Source: a virus
Virus record (IMG/VR): IMGVR_UViG_3300037149_000100
Length of the DNA: 64,000 bases
Strand: one strand, 5' to 3'
The notes beneath the pieces were generated by a model that saw nothing but the letters and a program-made list of their open reading frames with translations, was not told the DNA's origin and searched no databases. This document shows, in pieces, positions 10,360-20,326 of this stretch (the first letter of the stretch is position 1; every line of letters begins with the position of its first letter). The translations under genes and the position numbers were made by a program.

Positions 10360-11749
10360 GACCGTTCTGGAAGATACGGGCCTTCTGGAGAAGGTGGAGA
10401 AGCTCCGTGCAACCTTCATCTACAAATCATCTGAGGAGGCTTACTCCTTCGATGACTACTACCTGAAGCTGTTGAAAGAGGCGGATGGGGTGGAGCAGAT
10501 TACCCTACTATCCAGTGTGGCTCCGGGGACCGCTCAATCCTATCTGGTGCAACTCACTCAGTCGCTCCAATTGGTGACCGACAAGATTGAATCCATTCAT
10601 TCCCGATCCCTTTTCTTCCTGGGTAAGGTCCGTGCGGCTATTCATAACAAGGACAGCCTGGAAGCTGCCTTTACCGTGTGGTACCAGATCGCCATCGCTG
10701 ACATTCTTAAATCCCACGATCTCAAGTTCACCGCTTCGGTATGTAAGGCGTTGGCTGAGTCGGAGTTCACCCGCCTAATTGGCGAAGAGGTGGTCCTGGA
10801 GGGAATGGAGGAAGCGATTGGTATGCTCATTGAGCATCTGAAAAGTTCCAAGAAGCTGGCCATGGAGAAGTACAAGCTGGGCACCGAACAGGCCAACGCT
10901 TCACTCCTACATATGCCAGCCAGCCAGGGGCTGATGGAGAATGAAAACCCGTTCCCTCTGCTTAAGCAACGCTATGGCTCCCTCACAGCCGAACCCCAGA
11001 AACCTCAATATGACGATGAGGAGCCTGAGAGTGGACTGCCCGCAGAAGATGATGACCCCAACTATGTTGAAAGACGGGAGTTCGCGGGTCATGCCTTGAG
11101 TGACAAGATAGTCAAGATGGTCCAGGGAACTGTGGAGCAGGCAGAAGTTGGGGTAGTATCAGCGGCTGAGTTGGAACTAGCAGCTCAAAAATGGCGTGGG
11201 GAACAACTTAATGCCGTTCAAGAGGCTGAAGATGTGGCCCTTTTGCAGATGCTAACCTCTAAGAAGTTGGTAATTCTAGATACACAAGAGGCTGAAAACG
11301 AAGTAATAGAGGAAGTAGTGCTTGATCACCAGCTCACCTCTATGGAAGACTTGATCTCTCAGCTTCCGGACACTGGGTTTTATTATGGGGATCATCAGAT
11401 CGCAGAAGATGTGGCTGCTCACCCTGAAAATTGGACACCATTAGTGGTGAAGCGAGACCTTCCATCAGAAATTATCCATGATCCCTTTGTTGGGGATGTA
11501 AAGGTGGTAAGCGGAGAGAACGGCCCTGAGCTTGTCAAAGAAAAGGGTGAAAAGGAAATTCAATCCAAGCCGAAGAGCAAGCCAAAGTATGACGATGAAG
11601 ATGATGAGGATGGCATCTCTGTGCCTTCTTCAACCCCGGAGCCCCCCGCCCCGAAATCAGAGTCAGAACCAGTAACACCAGCAGTATCAACGGAAGTTCA
11701 ACCGGTCAAAAAAGATCGAAGAAAGATCACTTTTGACGACTCATTCTGA
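10328..11749 (+). CDS. Helical protein with long acidic low-complexity C-terminus
   Basis: 473-aa ORF inside the recombination block. Confidence 0.65.
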   Translation: MLPILNQLKAETVLEDTGLLEKVEKLRATFIYKSSEEAYSFDDYYLKLLKEADGVEQITLLSSVAPGTAQSYLVQLTQSLQLVTDKIESIHSRSLFFLGKVRAAIHNKDSLEAAFTVWYQIAIADILKSHDLKFTASVCKALAESEFTRLIGEEVVLEGMEEAIGMLIEHLKSSKKLAMEKYKLGTEQANASLLHMPASQGLMENENPFPLLKQRYGSLTAEPQKPQYDDEEPESGLPAEDDDPNYVERREFAGHALSDKIVKMVQGTVEQAEVGVVSAAELELAAQKWRGEQLNAVQEAEDVALLQMLTSKKLVILDTQEAENEVIEEVVLDHQLTSMEDLISQLPDTGFYYGDHQIAEDVAAHPENWTPLVVKRDLPSEIIHDPFVGDVKVVSGENGPELVKEKGEKEIQSKPKSKPKYDDEDDEDGISVPSSTPEPPAPKSESEPVTPAVSTEVQPVKKDRRKITFDDSF

Positions 11750-11778
11750 GTATCAATTTAGGTAGCAAGGAGCATCAT

Positions 11779-12591
11779 ATGGCGAACAAGCCAAAGTTTG
11801 ACGAAGACGAAGAGCTAGACCTCAAGCCCGGTCAGAAAGCCCCCAAAGGCTCTGCGGCTGGACCCGCTGGAACCAAGAGAGCCACACTGGAGAATGAGGA
11901 AGACCTCGATTGTGACTGGGGTGATACGGAACTGATGAAGAAGAAGGACCCAATGCCACGGGTCAGGCCAGAAAAGGGCAAGGCGGTTCGCTTCGCCATC
12001 CTCCCCTTCATCAAGCCCAAGAAGGGTTTCAACCACTACATCGACAAGAAGGGCACTTATCGCTGCCTCTCCACTGAGGATAGCGAAGGCATTTGCTGCA
12101 CCTCCGGGCTGGCTGGCAACGCCAACCTCGCCATCGTTGCACTAGTCGTGAAATACACCAACTGCGACCCCAAGACCGGCAAATACGGTCTGGACCGGGA
12201 CGGTCGGAAGATCGTGGACACTGAGTGGGAGTTGGGCCATGTTAGTCTCAGCCGCACCAACTACACCGCTATTAACCGTATGATGGAAGACGAAGATGGT
12301 GCCACTGGCACCCCTGAGACGGTCTATGACTTTGACATCATTATGACTCATAACGAGGCCACTGGCATTGGTTACACCCTCACCCGTGCATCCCGCACTC
12401 CCCGTTACCGCAAGGATCCAGAGATGGTTAAGGCTATCGAAGCAGAGGCCACTGAGAAGGGGCTCCTGGACGGCAAGTTGCTCACCGGACGGCTTGGCCG
12501 CAAGATCAACGCTATCGAGTGGAAGGCCCTGCTCTCCGGCCTCACCGGAGCCAATGATGATGATGATGCTTCGGACAATAGTGACCTGTAA
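11779..12591 (+). CDS. Single-stranded DNA-binding protein (gp32-like)
   Basis: VRFAILP, H...C...CC possible Zn site, acidic tail; own promoter motif and terminator; next to RuvC and RecA. Confidence 0.7.
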   Translation: MANKPKFDEDEELDLKPGQKAPKGSAAGPAGTKRATLENEEDLDCDWGDTELMKKKDPMPRVRPEKGKAVRFAILPFIKPKKGFNHYIDKKGTYRCLSTEDSEGICCTSGLAGNANLAIVALVVKYTNCDPKTGKYGLDRDGRKIVDTEWELGHVSLSRTNYTAINRMMEDEDGATGTPETVYDFDIIMTHNEATGIGYTLTRASRTPRYRKDPEMVKAIEAEATEKGLLDGKLLTGRLGRKINAIEWKALLSGLTGANDDDDASDNSDL

Positions 12592-12612
12592 GTAGCCCAA
12601 GAACTTGACACT

Positions 12613-12639
12613 CGGGGAGCCCCAGGGCTCCCCGTTTTT
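12613..12639 (+). terminator. Rho-independent terminator
   Basis: CGGGGAGCCC/GGGCTCCCCG followed by TTTTT. Confidence 0.75.
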
Positions 12640-12675
12640 GCCTCCCTATGGGGGAGTAGATGGAAAAGAGAAGTA

Positions 12676-13500
12676 GTGGCCCCACGTAAGCCGAAGAAAA
12701 CGTTCGCTGAAAAAATAACCTTCCCCTCCAAGGAGCCGGAGATAACACATTGGATGGTGCTGGGGCTGGACCCATCCTTGAGCCGCACTGGCTATGCACT
12801 TAGCCTGGATGGGCAGTGGATTGAAATCGGGTCACTGAAACCTGATGATTCATCCCTTCCGATTTGGGTTAGATCAAAAATGATCGCCGGAACAATAACT
12901 GAGCGACTTTATGAAGCTATCCAACCCACCCTCAAGCAGGCTCCCAAGGAGCTTGAATCTGGGGGTTATGGGTATGGGTTGTTGGTGTGCATGGAGGTTC
13001 CAACCCCTAGAAATGACTTCCTTAATATCGTCTCAAAGGCCATTCATGCCGATCTTCTCCCTCGACTTCCTTCCCTGTTTTCCTCTGTTCACGTTCTCCA
13101 AATTAATGCAGCTACGATGAGATCCAATATGGGGCTCACAGCAACCGGAGATAACAAGTGGGAGAATGTTCGCAAGAGTCAAGAGTTCGCGGACTCCAAG
13201 GTATACCCAGGCATCGATTCGGATTCATGTGATGCAATCCTATTCTCGAAATATGGTCATATGATAGCTGACCTCCTCTCTCCAGAGATGTTGGTAGGTG
13301 AGTCCCCAATGCTGCTAAGCCTCTGTGATAACACCCCAGTAGTGAAGGGTAAGGGTAAGAGAGCCAAAATCGTGACCAAGGGGATCCTCCATAATCCTGC
13401 ATATTGGTACACCTACACCCCAACCGAATACAGTATTAGCTTAAAAGACGCGACCGTTCCTCCGAAGAAGCGGCTGCAAAAAATCATCATAACCTTCTAA
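12676..13500 (+). CDS. RuvC-like Holliday junction resolvase
   Basis: VLGLDPSLSRTGYA, VCME, DSDSCDA. Confidence 0.8.
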   Translation: MAPRKPKKTFAEKITFPSKEPEITHWMVLGLDPSLSRTGYALSLDGQWIEIGSLKPDDSSLPIWVRSKMIAGTITERLYEAIQPTLKQAPKELESGGYGYGLLVCMEVPTPRNDFLNIVSKAIHADLLPRLPSLFSSVHVLQINAATMRSNMGLTATGDNKWENVRKSQEFADSKVYPGIDSDSCDAILFSKYGHMIADLLSPEMLVGESPMLLSLCDNTPVVKGKGKRAKIVTKGILHNPAYWYTYTPTEYSISLKDATVPPKKRLQKIIITF

Positions 13501-13508
13501 GGAGCAAT

Positions 13509-14753
13509 ATGGCTGTTAAGCGTATTAAACACAACAAAGAGGCAGGGGATTTCCCTGACCTTAAATCCGCATTTCTGGAAGCCCTGGAAGGTTTTGGAGA
13601 AGACCCCACAATCCAGAAGATGGAGGTGCAGGAAACGTTTGTCCCAATGGGGTCTATCATCCTGGACCACGTGCTTCAGTTGAAGGGCATCCCCGGTGGA
13701 GGTCGAGTCATCCAGATTCATGGTAAGGAGCATGGAGGTAAGTCCACTCTGTGTTATAATATCGTCAAGTCCTACCAACGTCTGACTGGAAAGGCGGCGG
13801 CAATTTTTGATTTTGAAGGGACCAGCACTCCTGAGTATTTCAAGTCTAACGGGGTCAACACTGATCGTGATGCTCTAGTCGTCTTCAAGAACAACTCTGT
13901 TGAGGCTGCGGTTCAGAAGTCAATCGTATTGATGAAGGCTGGAGTTAAAGTGTTCATCTATGACTCTGTTCCCCGCATGAAGTCCATGGTCGATGAGAAG
14001 GAGATCATGAACGGTAAGGCTTTTAAGAACACTGTTGGTCAACATGCAAAAACCATGAACATGTTCTTTGACCTCCTCCTCCCTTATGCCCAACACTACG
14101 ACTGCGTTCTGATTATGGTGAACCAGATTCGGGCCAGGATTGACGGGAGTCGAGAGGGTCAGTCGGCTGCGAAGTACTCCACCATCACCAATCTCAACTA
14201 CATCCTCCCTGGCGGGTATGCAATGCGCTTCATTCCCAGTCTGACTATCGAAGTCAATGTGGCTAAGGCCCTTCGTGCGGGTGGGGGTGAGTCCGATTGG
14301 GACATTGAACCCGGTGAGAACAAAGGTAATCATTATGTTGCAACTCGCATTGCCGTTCGTGTCCTGAAAAACAAGGTCACGATGGGTGGATACAGGGCTG
14401 GTGAACTCTACCTACGTTCTGGTCTTGGGTTGGATGACAACATTAGTATCCGAGAGCTAGCCTTCCGCTATAAGCTGATTGCTTACGTGGGGAAGAAGTG
14501 GATAGTGGGATTGGAATCTGATCCTATCGCCGTCTATGATTCCAAGGATTCGGCAATTCGGGATATGGTGATAGAGCAAAACCCTGTAGTCCTCAGCAAA
14601 CTACGAGAATTAGTTGTGACGGCTATCGAGAGCGATGAAGGTGGGTTCCTGATTCAGCCTTCGGAAGAGGATCTGGCTTCTTCTGATGAGGATTTCTATC
14701 AGAAAATCACCACTAAGGTTGCATTTGATGATGATGAGCAGGATCTGTCATGA
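13509..14753 (+). CDS. recA: RecA/UvsX recombinase
   Basis: GKEHGGKST, DFEG, YDSV, NQIR, PGG, KNK. Confidence 0.9.
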   Translation: MAVKRIKHNKEAGDFPDLKSAFLEALEGFGEDPTIQKMEVQETFVPMGSIILDHVLQLKGIPGGGRVIQIHGKEHGGKSTLCYNIVKSYQRLTGKAAAIFDFEGTSTPEYFKSNGVNTDRDALVVFKNNSVEAAVQKSIVLMKAGVKVFIYDSVPRMKSMVDEKEIMNGKAFKNTVGQHAKTMNMFFDLLLPYAQHYDCVLIMVNQIRARIDGSREGQSAAKYSTITNLNYILPGGYAMRFIPSLTIEVNVAKALRAGGGESDWDIEPGENKGNHYVATRIAVRVLKNKVTMGGYRAGELYLRSGLGLDDNISIRELAFRYKLIAYVGKKWIVGLESDPIAVYDSKDSAIRDMVIEQNPVVLSKLRELVVTAIESDEGGFLIQPSEEDLASSDEDFYQKITTKVAFDDDEQDLS

Positions 14754-15292
14754 TCATCGACTCCAACAACCTCATTCTCAAAGCCTTTTGGTTCCTAGCC
14801 CTCCTGGGCTCTACCCTATTCATGGCCACACACCTTTCCTACAGCCCCAGTGCCCTTCATTATGGATTGTGGGCTGGCGGGATTGTCTTGGGTGGCTACC
14901 TGACAGGGCTTCTGGGTGTCCTGACTTACACCGTGGCTCATTCCGGAGGGGTCGATCAGGCCCTTCGAGAAATGGATACGCTGGAAAAGTTTGTGGATGC
15001 GTTGGCTGAACCCTTCCCATGGGCCGATAAGGCTTTTTGGTTCACCGGGCTCTACCTCACCTCCCTCCTTTGGGACTGGCCACTTCTACACGGGGCTCTG
15101 CTGTGTGTCTCTGCTTCACTCCTAGCCACTACCGTTATCTGCATCATTCGCAATTTTCATCTCATCAGAGCCTTCCTTCGTCTCACGATAAAAGAAGTGA
15201 TGATTGAAAGTGCGATCAGGGATTTAGTCTCCCATATCTGGTCTTCTAAAGCGGGCAAGGAATGCGATAAAGAGGGCGAAGAGGAATCATGA
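14750..15292 (+). CDS. Multi-pass membrane protein
   Basis: About four hydrophobic segments; ATGA overlaps on both sides. Confidence 0.6.
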   Translation: MIIDSNNLILKAFWFLALLGSTLFMATHLSYSPSALHYGLWAGGIVLGGYLTGLLGVLTYTVAHSGGVDQALREMDTLEKFVDALAEPFPWADKAFWFTGLYLTSLLWDWPLLHGALLCVSASLLATTVICIIRNFHLIRAFLRLTIKEVMIESAIRDLVSHIWSSKAGKECDKEGEEES

Positions 15293-16521
15293 AGTTTCGA
15301 CTGGTAGGTAAGGATTTTCAGTCTTGGAAGACCTTCGATTTGAAAGTCAACGGGTTTACCATCATCGTTGGCAGTTCAAATCGAGGGAAGTCCGCCATTG
15401 TTAGATCTCTGCGTGGTATTCTGAGAAATCAGGTTCAGGATGCCTTCATTCGTCATGGTCAAAAAGCAGTAGAACTTAAACTCGAAGTAGAGGATGGGCC
15501 TACGGCGGTTCTGACTAGAGGGAAGACGTTAACCTATAGGGTTAATGGCGAAGACTTTGCCAAACTCAATGGTGATGTGCCCCAGCTAATCAAAGACCTG
15601 AAACTGGGGGAGATCACCATCGGTTCCGCCAAGCTGGACCCCACATTCGCAGGGCAGTTTGACAGCCAGTTCATGATGAACCTGTCTCCCAGCGAATTAA
15701 ACTCTGTATTCGGTCTGTTCAGCAATACCGAGCAGTTGAATCAGGGCAAGAAGGCCATTAACCTCAACAATACTGAAATCAACTCCCAGGCCAAGATGCT
15801 GGCTCTGGAAGTTCAGGTGGGTCATACCAAAATAGCCGCCATTGAGGAGATTAAGCTCCATTATCTTGCCCTCGCCCCTCAGCATGTTGAGGCTACCCAT
15901 AATGTGGAAGCGGCTCAGACAGTGCAGACTCTATTGAATCAGAGAGCAGTGCAATGGAGCAGGGTTGTAAGTCTAGAAAGCATCAACCGAATTACCCCAC
16001 CCTCCACCTTGAAGGTAGCGAAGTCACACAAGGTTCATGACCTCCTGCTTCATCGAACTCAGGTAACAACCCGTACCAAGGCCCTCCGCCAAGCCTCTCA
16101 GGTGGCTCTACCTTCGACCGAATTGGTCTCTCGCTACCTTCGCCTAGGGAAGAGCCTCCGACAGGTCCAGAAGCTCCAGGAACGTATTACGGTGGGCTCT
16201 GGGGTGCTGGTTTCGGCCCGTGAGGTCAAATGGGGTCTGATGGTAAGACGATGGGGATTGTGGAACAGCTACTTCCCCCTGCGAAAACGACTTGAAGCTG
16301 CCCCCTCTGTTGTCTCAGTGAGTATGAGCAAGCTGAACGAGGACTTGAAGACCCTAAAGCTTCTCTCCACTCATCCTAAGATTAGAGCCATAGTTGCGAC
16401 TCATAGTGGGGCACTGCTGAATAATCTCAGTGAACTTGCAATTCTGCACCAGCAACTTCATGAACTCACAAAAGATGTCATCTCATGCCCGAAATGCGGG
16501 TATCAATTTATCAAGGAGTAG
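15289..16521 (+). CDS. SbcC/Rad50/gp46-like ATPase, N-terminal half ending at the Zn hook
   Basis: DFQS, Walker A GSSNRGKS, Q-loop GQFD, coiled coil, terminal CPKCG; no signature motif or Walker B. Confidence 0.75.
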   Translation: MKFRLVGKDFQSWKTFDLKVNGFTIIVGSSNRGKSAIVRSLRGILRNQVQDAFIRHGQKAVELKLEVEDGPTAVLTRGKTLTYRVNGEDFAKLNGDVPQLIKDLKLGEITIGSAKLDPTFAGQFDSQFMMNLSPSELNSVFGLFSNTEQLNQGKKAINLNNTEINSQAKMLALEVQVGHTKIAAIEEIKLHYLALAPQHVEATHNVEAAQTVQTLLNQRAVQWSRVVSLESINRITPPSTLKVAKSHKVHDLLLHRTQVTTRTKALRQASQVALPSTELVSRYLRLGKSLRQVQKLQERITVGSGVLVSAREVKWGLMVRRWGLWNSYFPLRKRLEAAPSVVSVSMSKLNEDLKTLKLLSTHPKIRAIVATHSGALLNNLSELAILHQQLHELTKDVISCPKCGYQFIKE

Positions 16522-16523
16522 TC

Positions 16524-16805
16524 GTGGCCATAGCCGAAGAAATCCAAGACCTGAACAAACGGATATCCAGCTTGGAGAAGAAGCAGGAAGAAGTCAAGCG
16601 CACCCTGGCCGTTGAGGAGCACAAGCTCTCAGAGCTGGAGGCTCAACTCAAGGAAGAGGGCTACGATGTTTCCAAGATGTCTGATGAGCAGATCGAAGCC
16701 CTCATGGACAAACTCTCTGAAGAAATCAGCACTGAAATGGAAAGACTCAAGGGAATCATCGCAGAGGCCGAAAAGCAATATGAGAAGTTCCAAGAACTTC
16801 GCTGA
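16524..16805 (+). CDS. Coiled-coil protein
   Basis: RBS AAGGAG before GTG; heptad pattern. Confidence 0.6.
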   Translation: MAIAEEIQDLNKRISSLEKKQEEVKRTLAVEEHKLSELEAQLKEEGYDVSKMSDEQIEALMDKLSEEISTEMERLKGIIAEAEKQYEKFQELR

Positions 16806-17009
16806 GGTAATCTATGTGGCCTGAGTCACTCCCCCCTGCACCTTTTTACCCTCTCGTTCTCCCCATGAGGAGAGTAGAGCCGGTAGTGCGGATTCAGCCG
16901 CAAGCTCCTGATAAACGTGCCTTTAGGTTCTCAAACGATCAGGTCGGAACCCTCATTGATGCTTACGCCTAACCGAATCGGCTAGCCGTTCCATAGTGAG
17001 GAGAGTCCC

Positions 17010-17639
17010 ATGGAGTTTAAACTTGAACCCCAAGCCCTTATCCCCTGGAAGTTGATGGATACTAATCACTTACGTCAGGATTTGGCCTTGCTAGATATTG
17101 ATTACATGACTTTGGCTTTTGATGAGGGTTTTGAATGGTGCGATGTATCGTTACCTCAAGACAAGGCGCTCAAACTAGTTCGGTTTCTTGACACCCCCAG
17201 TCTGAGTCACAGGATAGCCTACTTGTTTGGACTGGTGGATACGGAGCGGCTTCAATCCGAGTGTTTTCGGAATTGTATTGGGGCAGTCGTTACGGACGAA
17301 GACCTTCGTATCCTAGGCTCTGGATTCAACCGTAAGCCCCCTTACTTCACTCATTGCAATACAATGGGGTGCAACCCGGAACGTATCTGTCGGGCCACTT
17401 TTCAACCTGAATTGGTGGCCCTGAGTAAACTAGAAGGCCCCACTCCCACCCCTGCCATCATGTTCTCCAGTGTGACTCCAAACTTAGCCAGTATCAATTT
17501 GTGTGAGCTTCACGGAGTATCAATCATTGTATACTTGGCCACCAGGAAGTTTTCAAAACTGGACACACCAGTCATTAGTTTCAAGACAGTGAAGTCCGGA
17601 ATACTTTTTCTTAAGGCCACCCTAGGAGCAGACGAATGA
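17010..17639 (+). CDS. dCMP-deaminase-fold protein with degenerate Zn ligands
   Basis: C....IGAVV...ILGSGFN...C...GC....C scaffold; HAE replaced by QPE and PCxxC by PNLAS. Confidence 0.6.
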   Translation: MEFKLEPQALIPWKLMDTNHLRQDLALLDIDYMTLAFDEGFEWCDVSLPQDKALKLVRFLDTPSLSHRIAYLFGLVDTERLQSECFRNCIGAVVTDEDLRILGSGFNRKPPYFTHCNTMGCNPERICRATFQPELVALSKLEGPTPTPAIMFSSVTPNLASINLCELHGVSIIVYLATRKFSKLDTPVISFKTVKSGILFLKATLGADE

Positions 17640-17917
17640 AGTTGGTTATTGATCTACGCAGGAAACGAGTCAAGATTGAGTTCGAGGCGACCCAGGATGA
17701 AATAGGGCAACCAGAGACTCCGGTCAACGTCGAAGTTAAAACCAACAAAAGACAGAATAAACAGATTCTGGATCAAATCCCTGACATCACCGGCAAGCTG
17801 CTGTATTACTTGACTATGACTAATGTGGTGCTTCTGAACTCCACCTACGCTGAGATGGAACAGATGATCATCAGGGCCTTAGAAAGCGAGAAGTGCAATG
17901 ATAAGCGACCCGTTTGA
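17636..17917 (+). CDS. Hypothetical protein
   Basis: ATGA overlap with RBS. Confidence 0.55.
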   Translation: MKLVIDLRRKRVKIEFEATQDEIGQPETPVNVEVKTNKRQNKQILDQIPDITGKLLYYLTMTNVVLLNSTYAEMEQMIIRALESEKCNDKRPV

Positions 17918-18260
17918 GCAAGAACACACGGCCATACTCAATCTTCTGGACCATCTTCACTTAGGGTTCAACTCTTCAGTCCTTTTGGGGGACCTGATTG
18001 ACCATCTGAGTAACCATTTCATTGATGAAGAGCGGATGATGAAAATTTGCAATTACCCGGAACGGGAACGGCATATCAACGAGCACCTTCTCATCCAAGA
18101 TTTCGTCCTGCCTCTCATTCCTCGTCTCCTAGTGGGTAATAGTTCACAAGAGGAACTTGACCTGATGAGGGAGAGAATGGCTCTACATATTTCTTCAGAC
18201 GATGCCAAGTTCATTCATTACGCTAACACCTACGCCCCGGAGATGTTCAAACCCTTATGA
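17898..18260 (+). CDS. Hemerythrin-like protein
   Basis: H..., HFxxEE, YP...HxxxH, HIxxxD ligand pattern. Confidence 0.8.
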   Translation: MISDPFEQEHTAILNLLDHLHLGFNSSVLLGDLIDHLSNHFIDEERMMKICNYPERERHINEHLLIQDFVLPLIPRLLVGNSSQEELDLMRERMALHISSDDAKFIHYANTYAPEMFKPL

Positions 18261-19273
18261 AACTGCGAAGGATAGATGACGAGGTAAACATTGTGTGGAT
18301 TACGGATATCCACCTTTCTGATCGTCCTCCCGGAAGGCGTTCTGACGCCTATAGGGAACAGATTTTTGCCAAGCTTCGTCAGGTCCGTCAGATCTGCGAG
18401 GACAACCATGCGATATGTCTGGTTGGTGGGGATGTGTTTCATATCAAAGCACCTAAGTCTCAGGCGAATAGCCTGTCTCTAATCAGAGAGACTATCGAAG
18501 TGTTCAGTGAGTTCCCCGGTGGCTGCGTGTATGGCTGTGTGGGGAACCATGACATCCAGTTTGACCGAATGGACACCCTTCCTCATCAACCATTGGGTAT
18601 CCTGATGGAGGCAGGGGTTTATCGGTCGTTGAACGAAGAACCTCTGATCATTGAGACCAGGGAGGAAGCGATGCTGGACCCTTCCTTCGTCATTCAAGTG
18701 GATACGTGGGACTATGCGGAACCAGCCGACACCTATGAAGCCCTGAAGCGATCCACGGCTCGTCCAGAGGGCATTGATTACCGTTTGGGTATCGTTCATG
18801 CATCTGGGTGCAGCGGTGACACGAAGATATTTGGTGAGCAAGTCAGCATGATTGGCTATAACCAACTCCGCAAGCTGGATTATGATATCCTGCTCTGGGG
18901 GCACGACCACACCAGGACTGAGACGGAACGCTGTGGCAACGTGACTCATATCAACCTGGGCAGCATCGCTCGTGCGGCCCTGTCCCAAGATGAGGCGGAT
19001 CGTCCGGTCAGTGCGGTGCTACTCAAATTCACCACCGAAGGAGCTAAGATTAAGGAGATTCCGCTTAGTGTGGTCCCTCTTGAGCAGGCATTCCGAGTGG
19101 AAGACAAGCGAGTAATAGATGTGAAGGACAGCACCAGCATGAAGGCATTTTTCTCAGAGTTATCAGAATCGGTGGACGAGATTCAATCCTCAGACCCGAT
19201 CACTGTGATTGAAGCTCTATGTAAAACGGATGCCAAACTGTGCGCTCACGTAAAGGAGAAGTGCAACCTATGA
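18257..19273 (+). CDS. SbcD/Mre11/gp47-like metallophosphoesterase nuclease
   Basis: TDIH, GGDVF, GNHD, GHDH, NLGS. Confidence 0.85.
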   Translation: MKLRRIDDEVNIVWITDIHLSDRPPGRRSDAYREQIFAKLRQVRQICEDNHAICLVGGDVFHIKAPKSQANSLSLIRETIEVFSEFPGGCVYGCVGNHDIQFDRMDTLPHQPLGILMEAGVYRSLNEEPLIIETREEAMLDPSFVIQVDTWDYAEPADTYEALKRSTARPEGIDYRLGIVHASGCSGDTKIFGEQVSMIGYNQLRKLDYDILLWGHDHTRTETERCGNVTHINLGSIARAALSQDEADRPVSAVLLKFTTEGAKIKEIPLSVVPLEQAFRVEDKRVIDVKDSTSMKAFFSELSESVDEIQSSDPITVIEALCKTDAKLCAHVKEKCNL

Positions 19274-20091
19274 AATCCGTCGAAGAGATTTGGCAATCCG
19301 AAGCATCCATGGAGGAAGCCTATAAGGATATTCTCCGTATTTCGAAGTTTGATCGTACGGCTGACGCGAGCAAGTTGGTCAATCGGGTAGTGGACAACGA
19401 GGTCATGATGACCATGAGTGGCACTCCCCTTTACTATGACAAACGGATTTGGATCCTTCAGCACATTCAAGACTTCAACCTAGCTAGCCAGCTTTTGCTT
19501 AACTGTCAGGAAGGGTCAGTCCGCTTTGATATTCCGAAGTTGGACAATGACACTCAAGCATGGCAAAGAGAGGGTAACTTTGAAGCCTCACCCTTCGATA
19601 AGAAGGCTAAGTTCATGGGTGGAGAAGATGAGAAATCTAAGAAGTTTAACACTATTCTTGCTGGAGTTCGTAATCTTAAGATTCTATCAGCGGGGTTGGT
19701 AGGTTTCAATAGTTTTCGAGTCAGCCCCATCGGCTCTACTCCAGCCCTGGCTGACCTGAATAATCTCTCGAATCTCTCCCTCATGGGATTGAACAACTAC
19801 GTGGGTCCGGATGTGAAAGTATGGGCACTAAACCACAAAGCCATCGAAGAGTTTATTCATCTTCGACATCTGGAGGATGGAAGTTTCATGGCGGATGGGT
19901 TGGCATACCCCATCTTCTCTAAGTCCGGTGGGGACATTGCACCCCGTACGATTACGAGTCGATGGATGGCCTATCAAGCTTTAAGCGAACGATTCCGTAT
20001 CTATGTGGTCCCCAAATACGATTCTATTCTTACGGTTGGGGATGATCTGCCAGAGGGCTTGAAGGAGTTTGTGAATGAGTTTAAGGGATGA
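19270..20091 (+). CDS. Hypothetical protein
   Basis: ATGA overlap; RBS GGAG. Confidence 0.6.
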   Translation: MKSVEEIWQSEASMEEAYKDILRISKFDRTADASKLVNRVVDNEVMMTMSGTPLYYDKRIWILQHIQDFNLASQLLLNCQEGSVRFDIPKLDNDTQAWQREGNFEASPFDKKAKFMGGEDEKSKKFNTILAGVRNLKILSAGLVGFNSFRVSPIGSTPALADLNNLSNLSLMGLNNYVGPDVKVWALNHKAIEEFIHLRHLEDGSFMADGLAYPIFSKSGGDIAPRTITSRWMAYQALSERFRIYVVPKYDSILTVGDDLPEGLKEFVNEFKG

Positions 20092-20326
20092 TTTGAAGGC
20101 TAAGCTCCGAGCCCCCGCCAAGGGTGGGTGGAAGGAACTGATCCAGAATAAGCCTGGGGTTCAGCAGTGTGTCATTGAGATCATAGGTGATACATTGGGG
20201 CAGGGTGCGGTGAATGCGAAGGGGGAAGCCCCTGACAATCTAGTTGCGTTCTTAGATCGCATTCTCCAGAAAAAACAACACATAAACGATTTGGATTTGC
20301 TTTTACTTTTGGATGAGGTTGAATGA
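20075..20326 (+). CDS. Hypothetical protein
   Basis: RBS AAGGAG. Confidence 0.55.
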   Translation: MSLRDDLKAKLRAPAKGGWKELIQNKPGVQQCVIEIIGDTLGQGAVNAKGEAPDNLVAFLDRILQKKQHINDLDLLLLLDEVE

